Origin: the human T2T-CHM13v2.0 reference genome, Homo sapiens
Assembly (NCBI RefSeq): GCF_009914755.1
Contig: NC_060925.1
Length of the DNA stretch: 64,000 nt
Direction: 5' to 3' (one strand)
Part shown: positions 1 to 13,842 of the stretch, piece by piece
How positions within the stretch are numbered: position 1 is the first letter of the stretch
Layout: each line of letters opens with the position of its first letter
Notes under the pieces: generated by a model
What the model saw: only the letters and a program-made list of their open reading frames with translations
The model's database searches: none
What the model was told of the DNA's origin: nothing
Made by a program: the position numbers and the translations under genes

Positions 1-90
1 AAGAGAAGAAGCAAGGGAGAAGTGCTCCCTGATCTCAAGGGAGAAGAACAGAACTTTATTCCGGTTCCCAATTTAAAAATGCTTTAAACA

Positions 91-579
<489 letters not shown>

Positions 580-1449
580 CTAAACGCAGAGCAGTCTACA
601 ACATTCCAGATGTGCTACATTTCTGTGCCAGCAGAAACTAATTAAACTCTGTGAATGGGAAGTGTGTGTGTGTCTGAGAGCGGAGAGCAGAATCAGACTA
701 ATCTGACATTTCACACTCTTTCCATGACCTTGGCAGATAGCTTCCATTCAGCCAATCTCTGTTCCCCACTCTTCATTCATATACCTTCCTAAGGCTTGAG
801 CAGCTAGCATTTAGAAATGGTACAAATTCCAGGTTTTGTTTAAAAACAAACAAACAAACAAAAAAACCCTTCCCATTAGGGGCTGCCGTTTGACAGGAGC
901 CATTACTTTCAAATCTGAGAAACCAAAGCCCAGACAGGCTTTGTAAGGTCCCCAGAATAGCGCTGCCAGGCAAGGGCAGCTCTGGAGCTAGAACCTAGGC
1001 TCCTGTGTCCTAGCCCGACACTCTTCACCCTGCACCTGCCAGGGGTAATGGTGTTGTCTTACAAGGTCTGTAGTAACAGTGATGAGGCCAGAAAGTGATG
1101 TCAGCTGTGCGGGGACCACTCTGGGCCTTCTCTGCACCGCCATAGATAACCCCACCTAGGAAACCCCTTCAGAGGCCCTGGAATACAAAGACTCCTTGAC
1201 CTTCCATCCCAAACTCCACTCTGATCTTTGTTCCCATGATCAACATGACTTAAAAGCTACACTACATGAGGAGGACTGGGCACGTGGGGATGCGATTTTA
1301 GGAATTATGCCACTTTATGCCAGCGAATGAAGGACTGTCCCAAATTCTACAACGAAATCCTCCGTGAAGCGGGCCCTCAGCTTGAGCGCAGGCTTTGAGG
1401 AGGTCTAAAACGTGAAGCTCTAGCGCTGCAGAGAGGAGCAGCCCCTCAC

Positions 1450-1560
1450 CTTGGGTCGCTTTCCTTCCCCGTCCTTTGTATCAAATGCTCACGCCCAATT
1501 CGCAGGGGCGACGGGAGTGAATCCAGCCTGGGTCCTGCCCGGCCGATGGCGCTGTTCCTC
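1450..1560 (-). other. Candidate first (probably non-coding) exon of a minus-strand transcript
   Basis: Minus strand reads ...GCGACCCAAG|GTGAGG (GT at 1449-1448), a strong 5' splice site just downstream of a GC box. The TSS is not determinable, so the upper boundary is a guess. Confidence 0.45.
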
Positions 1561-1800
1561 CGCCCCCTTCCCTCAGCCCATTTTCTCCTCATCAGGCAAC
1601 AGAAATGTCTGAACACCTGCGGGGGCACAGACTGGGGTGAGAGGCCTAAGCAGGCAGAATGTCTGTAATTATAAAGTGCTGTCCAAGATCCTAGGCCAAA
1701 CCTCGGGGAAACGGAATAGGAAGAACTGCGTCCAGGCCTTGGGGAGGATTCTCCACGCACACGGTGAGGTGTTTGGCGGCTCAAGGGTCTCTGTGGTGAA

Positions 1801-1819
1801 GCGCTGCCCTCTGGTGGTA
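1801..1819 (-). promoter_or_regulatory. CTCF binding motif
   Basis: Plus GCGCTGCCCTCTGGTGGTA = minus TACCACCAGAGGGCAGCGC, matching the CTCF core CCASYAGRKGGCRS. Confidence 0.7.
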
Positions 1820-2359
1820 AGAGGTAGAAATGACCACGTCTTCTTGGCCTGGTTCCAAGAGCATCAGAGACGTAAGCATCAGAGACATAAGCCCCAAATC
1901 TGAGCTGGGCTCTTGAAATCCTCTAGGAAAGGGTCTTGTTCCCACTGACTTTCTGCAAAGAGGAAAAAGAGAAGTGTGCAGGGAGGTGGTGGGGAGAAAA
2001 CGCTGGACTGGTCACCTGGACGCTCAGCTTGCGGTTGTGTAAACAACTGCCAGCTTTCCCTAAAGAAATGGTTCCATCTAGCTCCTGAGGTCCCACGGGG
2101 CTGGAAAGAGCTGAATGTTTCTGCTAATGGAGTTTATGTGGCCACTTCTTTCTACCTTCCTCCAGCCCCTTGGTCCTCGATATTTCTCTTCTGCTGTCCC
2201 CTAGGACTAGGCCTTGTCAAACTGTGTCAGAGAAGAGTACTGGTGAATTGAAAGAACAGGATCATTAGCCACACTTGTGGGAGGACTTCTGCAGGTAGGT
2301 CAGGTAGAGTCCATGCTATGTTGACTCGCTTTGAAGTTAATAACCATAACTATTATTAC

Positions 2360-2635
2360 AGGAGATTTTGGTAAACAAACACAAAACTTTAGTTAGAAGG
2401 AACAAGTTTAAGAGGTCTATTGTACATCACAGTGACTGAAATTAATAATAATATATTGTATACTTAAAAATTGCTGAGACAGTAGATTTGAAATGTTCTC
2501 ATCACATAAACATAAGTATGTGAGACAATGGACATGTTAAATGGCTTGATTTAGCCATTACACAATGTATTCATATATCAAGATACATTGCGCATAACAG
2601 ATACATATAATTTTTACTTGTCAATTGAAAAAATA
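2360..2635 (+). mobile_element. L1MA-type 3' UTR fragment
   Basis: ATATTGTATACTTAAAAATTGCTGAGACAGTAGATTTGAAATGTTCTCA... typical of the L1MA terminus, ending in an A-rich tail. Confidence 0.8.
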
Positions 2636-2644
2636 TATCCATAA

Positions 2645-2805
2645 TAGCAAATTCTTCTGTGTGCTTTCTTCCTGCCAGGCAATACTCTAACCTACTGTCA
2701 TATGCTTACTCCTTTAATGCTTACAGCGGCCTTATGAGGTAGGTAATGTTCTACTCCATTTTACTGATGAGGAAACAGGCTCAGAGAGGTTAAACAGCTT
2801 ACTAG
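2645..2805 (-). mobile_element. MIR fragment
   Basis: MIR core CCATTTTACTGATGAGGAAACAGGCTCAGAGAGGTTAA. Confidence 0.8.
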
Positions 2806-3254
2806 ATAGAAGCAGAAGATCTAGCATTTGAGCTATAACACCTCGAAACTACTCTCGTATCCTGTTTCTACTATTTCTCCTGACACAAAACAGTAGGTCA
2901 GTAGAGTCAGAGAGCCTGGGTACAGAGAGGTAATTAGAGTTAGAGGCCAGAACTGCCTGAGGAAACCATAGGATTCCTGGATCCCACAAAGGAAGAGGTC
3001 CAAGGCGGAGTGGCCTTTCTGAAACAGATTCTGCAAGGAAAGGATCATCTGAGATGGACCTGTCTGAGTGCCTGTCTTTCCAAACAAGGTCATAGTAACC
3101 GTGGCTTCCACAAGGTGAATCAAGGCTTGGCAAATCTTAACTTGGAAGCTCTTAACCTCCTTAAGAATAGGGATTGTTTTAATAGTGACCGGTGTCTAAG
3201 AGTTCTTTGTGCTTGGTTGGTGCATAGTAAATGCTTGTGGAATGTAGGATGAAT

Positions 3255-3500
3255 AGCAATAATAGCTAACATTTAATGAGCAATTACAATATGCCAAGCA
3301 CTATTATCAGAGCTTTCCATGCACTATCTCATGTAATAGTCACAATATACCTATGAGGCATAATTGTTATCATAATCTCCCCATTTCACAGATAAGGAAA
3401 TTGAGGCACTAAAGATTAAATTGCTTTTCCAGGTCACACCGAGAATGGAACAAGTATTTTACTTCAGATAATGTGTGTTTGTCTTCAATGTCCAGTTTCT
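3255..3500 (-). mobile_element. MIR fragment
   Basis: AATAATAGCTAACATTT...CCCATTTCACAGATAAGGAAATTGAGGCA core. Confidence 0.8.
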
Positions 3501-3679
3501 TAACCTCCATGCTATGGCGTTTTTCTGGGTCAGAAGGAAGAGAAGGAATAAGAGAAGAGGAATAAAAAAATCCTCAGGATGCCTGTCCTGGACCAGCAGT
3601 TCTCCACCAGGGGACCATTGATAGGATTCTGATATTTGAATTACTTTTTGGGGGGGAGAAAGTCATAATCATGCAGACA

Positions 3680-3900
3680 AATTTTGTGTCCTTACCAACT
3701 ATTGAGCTGAGTGCCTTTAGACCTCAGAGCTCCCTTATGAGGTAAGTACTACGATCACAGCCACTTCGCAGAAGAAACTGAGGCATAGATGGGTTAAGTA
3801 ACTCTCCCAAGGTCACCCAGCCAGTAGGTGATAGAGCTGGAATTTGAACCCAGGGTATCCGGCTCCTGACCTGGGCTCCTGACCACTGTGCCATACTGCC
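3680..3900 (-). mobile_element. MIR fragment
   Basis: GAAACTGAGGCATAGATGGGTTAAGTAACT...GCTGGAATTTGAACCCAGG. Confidence 0.85.
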
Positions 3901-4852
3901 AGAGCCTTTGTTAGAGTCGGAAAGGAGACTGGAGAGCATACACATATCTAGATCTATTACTCCAGACAATCTTAGAGGGAAGTTAGGCCTTTTCTGCTTT
4001 TCTCCTAGAAAACCTTATAGGAACAAACAGACAATACCTCATTATTTTATGGGAAAATCCCAACCTAGAGAGAGGTATTTCTAGCCCAGACTCAGTGTGG
4101 AGGACACGTTGCCCAAGTCCTGGAAGATAAGGAAAGAACAGAGCAATGTGAATGAGACTACAGAACTGCCAGCCTCAAGCAGGGTTCACCTTCATCACTG
4201 CCCTTTTCCTGCTGCTGCTTGGTCTGGTTTGACTCTGTCGCCCTCATGTGGTGTATACGGGGAAGTGCAGGAGCTTTTCCCTTTTGATCATCACAGGTAA
4301 AAACCTGAGAGTGAAAGACTGGTGACCAACACAAAGATGGGATCCCAGTTGCTCATAGGATTTGCATCTTCCTCCTTTTTCCAGGGAAGAACCCCTTCCT
4401 AAGCACAAGTTATCCAGCTGTGACACACGGTGAGGATGATTCTCCAGGAATAAAATTGTGTTGGTTACAAGTCCATTTTTATTATTGCCTTGGTATGTCC
4501 ATTCATTGCTGCTTTCTCTGCGAATGGTTAAGATATTCTTCTAGGTGACACAGAGGAAAGGAAACTGGCTGTATAAGAGATTCAGAGCCTGGGACAGAGA
4601 GTTTTGGGGTTTTTTGATTGTTAAATTCAGGCTACAAAGTAAATGGTGGAATCCATCCATGGTTTTGAAAGGAGCAGCCCTAACTGGGCAGTAACCATGA
4701 TGCTGAGCATCATTGCCTTGTTTTGTAGAGGTCTCAGGTTCCTGGGTATGCATTATTTTTGTGGAGATTTAATAGAGGTTAAATAGAGGCTGTCTTCTTG
4801 AATCACGAGTTGTTTTTCTAGATGAAGAAAGCAGAAAAAAAATACCAGGCAG

Positions 4853-5147
4853 AGCCAGGCACAGTGGCTCACACCTGTAATCCCAGCACTTTGGGAGGCT
4901 GAGGCGGGCAGATCACCTGAGGTCAGGAGGTGGAGACCAGGCTGGCCTACATGGCGAAACCCCGTCTCTACTAAAAATACAAAAATATTAGCCAGGTGTG
5001 GTGGCTTGTGCCTGTAGTCCCAGTTACTTGGGAGGCTGAGACACGAGAATAGCTTAACCTGGGAGGCGGAGGTTGCAGTGAGCTGAGATCATGCCAGCCT
5101 GGTGTGACAGAGTGAGACTCCATCAAAAAAATAAAAATAAAAATAAA
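4853..5147 (+). mobile_element. Alu SINE (AluSx-like) with ~10-bp deletion in right arm
   Basis: GATCACCTGAGGTCAGG; right arm reads ATCATGCCAGCCTGG (ACTGCACTCC missing); (AAAAAT)n tail. Confidence 0.92.
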
Positions 5148-5549
5148 CCACTAGGCAGAGTGAAGGGTAAGGACAAATGCACAGAAGTGTGAAGGGGCAG
5201 TGAGCAATGCAGGACAAGGGATAGACTGGTTGGGGACACCTGAACAGGTGGGTTGGAGCAAGAGTTTTCAGGGTTTGGGGAGTCAATCTGAAGAGATGAA
5301 TAAATAAAATTTGGAAACTTTGATAACTGGGAGTAATCTTTGTATTCTCCTTACCAAGGGGCATTCATGTAGGTTAATGTAAACTAATGGATAAACTTCT
5401 AAGCTAAAATGTTGGTATCAGTTCTTGATGAGGGAGCAAGTTGATAAGAAGCCTTCCTGTTTCTCTCAATTCCCACTATTTAGGTGGGAATCCACTTTAT
5501 TTCTACTTCGTCTACCTTAATTATAATGGATGCAGTAAGAGACAGAAGA

Positions 5550-6465
<916 letters not shown>

Positions 6466-6469
6466 TAAT

Positions 6470-6695
6470 TACAAGTCTGAACCCTCATACCAAACCACAA
6501 TAAAGCCAAGCCACGTATCTTTTTCCTGCTTTCTCAAGCCATTTTTGGGCCTGCTTGGACCTGCTCTGCTCTCCCCAGAAAGCCTTATTATATGAGTCAT
6601 GGACCATTTCGTACCCTTTGGTGCATGTTTGGCATCATCAATCTGAACCAAATTTGGAGTGGAAGTTCATTCCACTCTTGCAGACTGATCACAAC
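6470..6695 (+). mobile_element. ERVL-class LTR 3' fragment (MER54/MER74-like)
   Basis: GGCATCATCAATCTGAACCAAATTTGGAGTGG...TGCAGACTGATCACAAC resembles the MER54/74 terminus; it interrupts a MIR. Confidence 0.55.
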
Positions 6696-7916
6696 CTTGT
6701 CTCATTTAGAGTTTACAGTGACTGTATGAAGTAGGTGCTAGAATTATCTCTGTTTTACAGATGACAAAACTGGCTAAGACATTAACTAGTCCAAAGTCAC
6801 ATAGTTGAGAAATCATACATGGATACAAACTGAGATCATCCTAACTCTTGAAGCCATGCTCTAAGCTGCTTTGCTCTACTATTTCCTAGGTAAGGGACTT
6901 TGGACTTTATCTTAAGGCCAATGAAACAACATTGAGAATATTAAGTAGGAGAACAATATGATAAGTTTTGCATTTTGTAAAGGTATATCTGGAATTTGTG
7001 TACAATAGAGTGATTTGCATTGACATGTATAATTCCCTTTTCACAAAAACAGATAAAGTAATTAAGAATAAAATTTTACCTAAAATATGAGCCTTGTGTA
7101 AAGAAAGAAGGCAACATTCTCAGGTGCCAGAAATAAAGAAGGATCACAAAACTTAAGGGAGCATGGAGCCAAAGTTGAGTACATTCAGGGTACTCGATGT
7201 CAGGGTGATGAGATTTTAATGGCAACAGAGAGATGGTTGATGAGACCCAGGGCCTCTGCATGTTAAAGAGCTGGAAATGAACCAGCCATATACAGTTGGA
7301 AGTTACTGGTTTATGAAGGAAACTATGAAATTCCTCTGTTTCACAGCTCAGAGATACCACAAAGCAGCTTGATAGGCTCATGAGAAGATAGAAAAAATTA
7401 ATGCAAGGAAATTAACCCCTCAAGCTGGTTCAGCATACATGATCTCTAAATTGCACACCACACAAGTATAGAAATCTAGAGTCAAGATACATTGTAAAAT
7501 TCCTCTGGAACCAGTGAAATTCACAGAATCGCAGCAAAGGAATTTGAAACTGCCCCACAAGATTGTTCCCAGGTACCAGGACCTGAGGGTCTTCCATGGA
7601 AAACAACTCTCTTTCAAGAGGAGCTCATGATTTAAAAATATTGCAAGTCACATAAGGAAACAAACTGATTAGAGAGGGAGTGGTAGAGTGCACATACAAA
7701 CAGCTGCAGTTAGTAGAAAATAAAAAAGGAGAGTCTTTAAGTCAGATAAGCTCAAAGAGAAAGAGAAAGGTAACTTCACAAAGCAAGAGGAGGACATTGT
7801 AGGAAAGGAGTCAGTAAATCGAAAAAGAAACAAATCTAAATTTTAGAAATGAAAAATATAGCTAATCAAATTTAGAATTAAATAGATGGGTTTGTAGACT
7901 GATCAAGAGAGAATTG

Positions 7917-10900
7917 GAGGAGAATGATGTCAGCAGGATGGCCAACTAAAAGCTTCTAGCGCTCATTTTTCCAACAAAGATAGCCAAATAACACACAAAC
8001 AATCATGTTTTAATAAAAACAACTAAAGAAGAGTGGCTGAGTATGGCAAAGGAGTAATAGAAACCCCAGTGAACACGGAAACTGAGGTTGACCACACAGA
8101 GAGCAAAAGGAAACACCTGGTCTTCACCACCCCACCTCCCAACCAGAATCAGCTAGAAACCAGGAGGAACCTCTTTTTATGGTGCAAAGGTAGACAAGAG
8201 GATCCCAGTAACTGCCATCAACTCTTTGGACACCTACACTTCTCATCACTGGGGTCCCCCTGAAGTCCTCACATGCACTAAGTCCAGCTGAGGGAGCTGC
8301 CTGGAGTCTGCAAATCTGTGTTCCCCCCAGAGAAGGAGCTGCCACTAGGCCCCATCCCCTGTGGCCTGCATAGCTACTGTCTTACCCCATTTCGGAACTG
8401 GAACTACTGCTGGAGTGTCTTGCTCCAAGGGAGAGTAGCCATGGCTCTTGTCCATCCCTGAGGCTAAACCACCTTTGATCCATCCCTGCCCAGTGGCCTA
8501 ACATCCCAAAGCCAAGCTTCAAGGAACTGTTACACCTTTGCCCATGGGGCTGAACAGCACCACCTACACCTCCTCTCTCCCCCTTCAGCTGGAGCTGAAG
8601 CTGCACACTTCCTCCTAAGAAAACAGTGCTTTAGCAGAATAGCCCCATCTACTTCTCTCGGTTATGGCTGTGCCCTGCCCCTAAGGTCCTGAACTGAAAC
8701 TATGTGCTGCCTCTTGAGGAAACAGTGCCTTGGCAGAGCCCCACGTCTCAGGGAAATAGTGCCTGGCAGCCCAGAACAGCCACCCTCTATGCCTGAGCCT
8801 GAGCTGAAGTGGCACACAAACCCCTGGGGAATTGGTGCCCTGGAACCTGAGCAGCTCAGGGCTGAGCTGACGTAGTACCCCATGTTCCAGGGAAACATGG
8901 CAGTGACTGAGCTGAGACACTCTACCCTACAGGCTAACCTACTCTAATACCTTGCTTTCCTGGCATTAGACTAGTCTCCTGGAGTCTGAGCTGCCAAGAA
9001 AGCCCTCTCTCCAGGGAATGCAATCGTCACTGTGCTGCTCCCCTGACCCCCAGGGCCCAAACGACAGATGTGTTTGACCACTATGAAAACTTGCTGCTGC
9101 ACCTAGCCTCACAGAGTCTGGGATACTACTGAGTCCGCCATCCCGGAGTCACCACTACATGTTGTCTCATCCCCAGGGACCCAAGTTTCCACTGAGCTCC
9201 ATTGGACCAGGTTCCCAAATTGCAGATATACCTTGCTCTCTGTACCCTAAACTCCAGAGCTCCTTTTCTTCCCTGGAGTTGGATATACCCTCCACACAGG
9301 GGTAGACTCACAGCTAAAACCAAACTCTCTGGGTCCAAGCTTCTAGGGGTTTCCTCAGAGTCACAGATCCTGGCTCTGCAGGCAAATTACATCCAACCCT
9401 GCCATAAACAGTGAACCTGCACCTCAAGACCCAGATGCCACAATAAGTTCATGAGACTCTGTGGGAAAATTGAAAGTAGGAGGACTTCAAGCACCCACAA
9501 AGAAAGAATTTTAAAAATAACAAAAGAAAACATCAAGTCACGTATAAAGAATCCCCATTAGACTAACAGCAGATTTATCCTCAGAAATCTTACAGGCCAG
9601 GAGAGAATGGAATGACATATTCAAAGTACTGAAAGAAGAAAAAAAAGGCAGCCAAGAATACTATACCCAGTAAAGCTATTCTTCAGAAATAAGGGAGAGC
9701 CAGATTTGGTGACATATGCCTGCAGTCTCAACTACTCAGGAGGATGAGTTGGGAAGATTGATTGAGCCTAGGAGTTCAGATCAGCCTAAACAACATAGCG
9801 AGACCTCATCTCAAAAAAAGAAAAAAAAGGAAAAAGAAATAAAGTCTTTCCCAGACAAGCAAAAACAAAGGAAATTCATTACCACCAGACTGATCTTATG
9901 AGACATACTCAAGGGACTCCTATATCTGGAAGTGAAAAATGATAATCATCATTACGAAGACATGCGAAAGTATAAAATCACTAATAGACACACAAATGAA
10001 AAACAGAGAAGAAATAAGCCTTATTACTACAGAAAACTACCAAACTGCAATGATTAAACAATAAGAGAGGGAGAAAGGGACAACAGATATACGAAACAAC
10101 TAGAAAACAATTAACAAAATGACAGCAGGTCTTACCAATCAGTTATAACCTTAAATATATAAATGGCTTAAACTCCCCACTTAGAAAAAACAGACTGGCT
10201 GAATGGATTTTTGAAAACCATCTAGTATATGCTCCTACGACATAATACTTCATCTGTTAAGACACATAAAGATTGAGAGTAAAATGATGGAAAAAGATAT
10301 TCTCTGCAAACAGAAAGCAAAAGTGAGCAAGACAGTAGATAAAACAGACTCTAAAACTGTCCAAAACTGTAAAAAGAAACAAAATCATTAATAACGATAA
10401 AGGGATGAATTCAGCAAGATGATATAACAATTATAAGTATATATGCATGCAACACCGGGACACCTAAATATATGAAACAAATAATATTAGATCTAAAAGG
10501 AAGAGATAGAATCTAGTACAGTAAGAGTTGGGGACTTCAATTCTCCACTCTCAGCACTGAACAGATCGTCTACACAGAAAATCCGTAATGAAACATTGGA
10601 TTTAAACTGCACTTTAGACCAAACGAACCTAACAGACATTTACAGAATATTTTACCCAACAGCTGAAGAATACACATTTTTTCTTTAGCACATGGAACGT
10701 TCTCCAGGATCGACCATATGTTAGGTCATAAAACAAGTCTCAACAAATTTAAAAGAATTGAAATCATATCAAGTTTCTTTTCTCAGCACAACGGAATAAA
10801 ACCAGAAATCAATAACAAGAGGAACTTTCAAAACTGCACAAACACTTGGAAATTAAACAAGATGCTCCTGAATGCCCAATGAGCCAATGAAGAAATTAAG

Positions 10901-11118
10901 CAGAAAATTTAAAAATTGATTGAAACCAATGATAATATAAACACACTATATCAAAACCTATGGGATACACCAAAAGCAGTATTAAGAGGGAAGTTAAGTA
11001 TTAAGAGGGCAATAAACAACTACATCAAAAAAGTAGAAATATTTTAAATAAATAACGTAACAATGCATCTTAAGGAACTAGAAAAACTAGAGCAAACCAA
11101 ACTCCAAAGAAGGAATAA
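7917..11118 (+). mobile_element. Old L1 (L1M/L1MA-age): 5' UTR, end of ORF1, ORF2 endonuclease region; internally deleted and 3'-truncated
   Basis: Starts GAGAATGATGTCAGCAGGATGGCCAACTA (L1 5' start motif); GC-rich 5' UTR to ~9450, jump to late ORF1 (ATTAGACTAACAGCAGATTT), then EN-like sequence. Confidence 0.8.
9699..9830 (+). mobile_element. Alu monomer (FLAM-like) inside L1 ORF1
   Basis: Single arm ...TTGAGCCTAGGAGTTC...CAACATAGCGAGACCTCATCTC plus A tail. Confidence 0.8.
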
Positions 11119-11529
11119 AGAGAATTAATGGAAGTGCTCTTTGAAAAAAAAAAAATGACCCATGATGCAGCAAGCAGAGGTGAGGATATAGAAAAGAAAA
11201 AGAAGAGACAAAGAGTATAGAATGCCAAGTATCATCATGCATCTGATGAAAAATACAGGGTATTTCTTGTTATAATCTCAGAGTGTAGTAGGACTTTCAA
11301 ACTATAATTAAAAACCAGAGGACATAAAATAAACCCACCCCAACAAAGTCAAATTAATTACAAGCTAGGAAAATGTATTTGCAATTCATAGCGTATACAA
11401 ACGGCTAATTTTTGAAACATATTAAGATGCCAATAGCCCAAGAAGAAAATGAGTAAATTTAAATGAGTTAACAGAAAAGGAAATTAGATGGCCCTTAAAC
11501 AAATTTAAAAGATGACGAATTTCACTCAT

Positions 11530-11745
11530 AGTAGGTAGTATTTATTAAGCACGTCATATGTGCCTGGGTTGGTGCTTTACATTCCCACAACAACCTTTTG
11601 TTGAAGTAGGCCCTCTTCTTATCTCCATTTTATAGGTGAGGAAACTGAAGCATGGAGAGGTTAAGTTTTCTCAAATACATTCAGCTGGTGGTGTGATGAG
11701 GCTTCAAACTCAGGCAGCTTGACCATAGACACCACCACTTCTCTA
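11530..11745 (-). mobile_element. MIR fragment
   Basis: CCATTTTATAGGTGAGGAAACTGAAGCATGGAGAGGTTAAG. Confidence 0.8.
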
Positions 11746-13540
11746 TATTGTCTCTTGGTATTTTCACTGAAATATAAGTTAAATGCAACCTAAAATATAG
11801 TAAGATACATTTTATTTGACTCCCAGATTAACATGAATAAAAAGCTGGATATATGTTGGTGGGGATCCAGAGAAACAGACATTCTCGTATATTGCTAATA
11901 TGAATGTAAATTGTTTGACCTCCCTGGAGAAAAATTTGTCAACATTTTTCACAAATAGATGGCTGTCCTTGTAATTCTTATTTTTCTTAAAATCTAGAAC
12001 TGGAGTCTAAGTGTGTGTTTTGGGGGTGATGATGGCGATGGAGCCTACCCTTTGCAACAAGAACGAGACTGTCATGTTAAGGCAAGTGTTATAAAAGTTG
12101 GGCAGTGGCTGATGGTTAACTCACAGTCCACAGTTCTTGATGGTCTAAGCCACATCTATTCTCCAAACTTCTTCAATGCATCCTCCAGACTTCAACTCCC
12201 TGGACTTCCCTAAAATCCTTATCAGATAGGGTTTGATATCCCCTAGATGCCACCAAAACAGTAGGCATTGCAGTAGACAGGTGCAGCAGAAGGAGAAGCA
12301 GCAGAACATTAGCTGCTTGGGATTTTCCTGGTCAGTTTGAGGATGCCACTCATGAAATTCTGAGGTCATCTCTTCCTGGTCTTCACATATGAATTGTGCT
12401 CATGAAGCCAGAGTTGGTTATTCGCTTCCAGGCCCAAAATTCATTCAGTTACTTATTTATCCAGCAACTTTCTGACCTACATAAGAGATATTCAATAAAT
12501 ATTTGTTCAACGAATAAATGGATGGATCTTTGACTGTATCATATCCTCATTTTTGGCTGCCAAAAATTCTTGGCCTTCTGCCCTTAAACCTATACATTCT
12601 AGAAAGATCTGTCATGCAAGTAGAAAACAAGAGCAGAGGTCGCTTTTATATCAGATAAAACGGACTTTAAACCAACAAGAGTCAAAAAGGACAAAGAAGG
12701 GCATTAAATAATGATAAAGGGTTCAATTCAATAAGAAGACTTAACGATCCTAAATATATATGCACCCAACATTGGAGCACCCACATTCATAAAAGACCTA
12801 CTTTTAGACCTATGAAAAGACTTAGACAGTCACAATAATAGTGGGGGATTTCAACACCCCTCTGAAAGCATTAGATCACCGAGGCAGAAAACTGACAAAG
12901 AAATTATGGACTTAAATTCAACACCTGACCAATTGTACTTAATAGACATCTATGGAATACTGCACCCAGCAACCACAGAATATATATTCATCTCATCTGC
13001 ACTTGGAACGTACTCTAAGATTGACGACATGCTCAGCCATTAAGCAAGCCTCAATAAATTCAGAAAAATTGAAATCAAACCAACTGTACTGTCAGACCAC
13101 AGTGGAATAAAAATGGAAATCAATACCAAAACCAAACAATTACATGAAAATTAAACAACTGGCTCCTGATTCACTTTCGGATAAACAATAAAGGCAGAAA
13201 AAAAAAACCTTTGAAATAAATAAAAACAGAGACATGACATACTAAAATTTCTGGGATGGAGCAATAGTAGGGTTAACAGTAAAGTGTATAGCATTAAACA
13301 CCTATATGAAAAAATTAGAAAGCTCTCAAATTAACAATCTAACATCACACCAAGAGGAACTAGAAAAACAAGAACAAACTAACCCTAAAGCTAGAAGAAG
13401 AAAAGAAATGGCTAAAATCAGAACAGAACAGAATGAAATTGAAACCAAAAAATCCATACAAAAAGTCAACAAAACCAAAAGTTGATATTAAAAGGATAAA
13501 CAAGGTTGATAGACCACTAGCTAGATTAACAAAGAAAAAA

Positions 13541-13842
13541 GGCTAGGTGCATTGGCTCATGCCTGGAATCCCAGCAATTTGGGAGGCCGAGGCCGACAGA
13601 TCACTTAAGTCAGGAGTTCAAGACCAGCCTGGCCAACATGGTGAAACCCCATCTGTACTAAAAATACAAAAATTAGCTAAGTATGGTGGCATGCACCTGT
13701 AGTTGCAGCTACTCTGGAGGCTGAGGCACAAGAATCACTTGAACCTAGTAGGCAGAGTTTGCAGTGAGCCAAGATTGCATCACTGCACTCCAGCCTGGAT
13801 AGCAGAGTGAGACTGTGTCTTAACAACAACAACACAAAACAA
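13541..13842 (+). mobile_element. AluS element
   Basis: Full dimer with (CAA)/(CAAAA) tail inside L1 ORF2. Confidence 0.92.

Larger units (their letters stand above)
1300..2100. promoter_or_regulatory. CpG-enriched promoter-like region
   Basis: The main non-repeat stretch with many retained CpGs; GC box GGGGGCGGAG on minus strand (~1558-1567), CCAAT at 1495-1499, adjacent splice donors and CTCF motif. Confidence 0.6.

Noticed and set aside
1787-1803. GTCTCTGTGG resembling the start of tRNA-Asn
   Set aside because: Only ~10 nt match, with no B box or cloverleaf; the adjacent sequence is better explained as a CTCF motif.
1446-2251. ORFs of 88-112 aa in the promoter region
   Set aside because: Non-ATG starts, no recognisable domain; expected by chance in GC-rich DNA.
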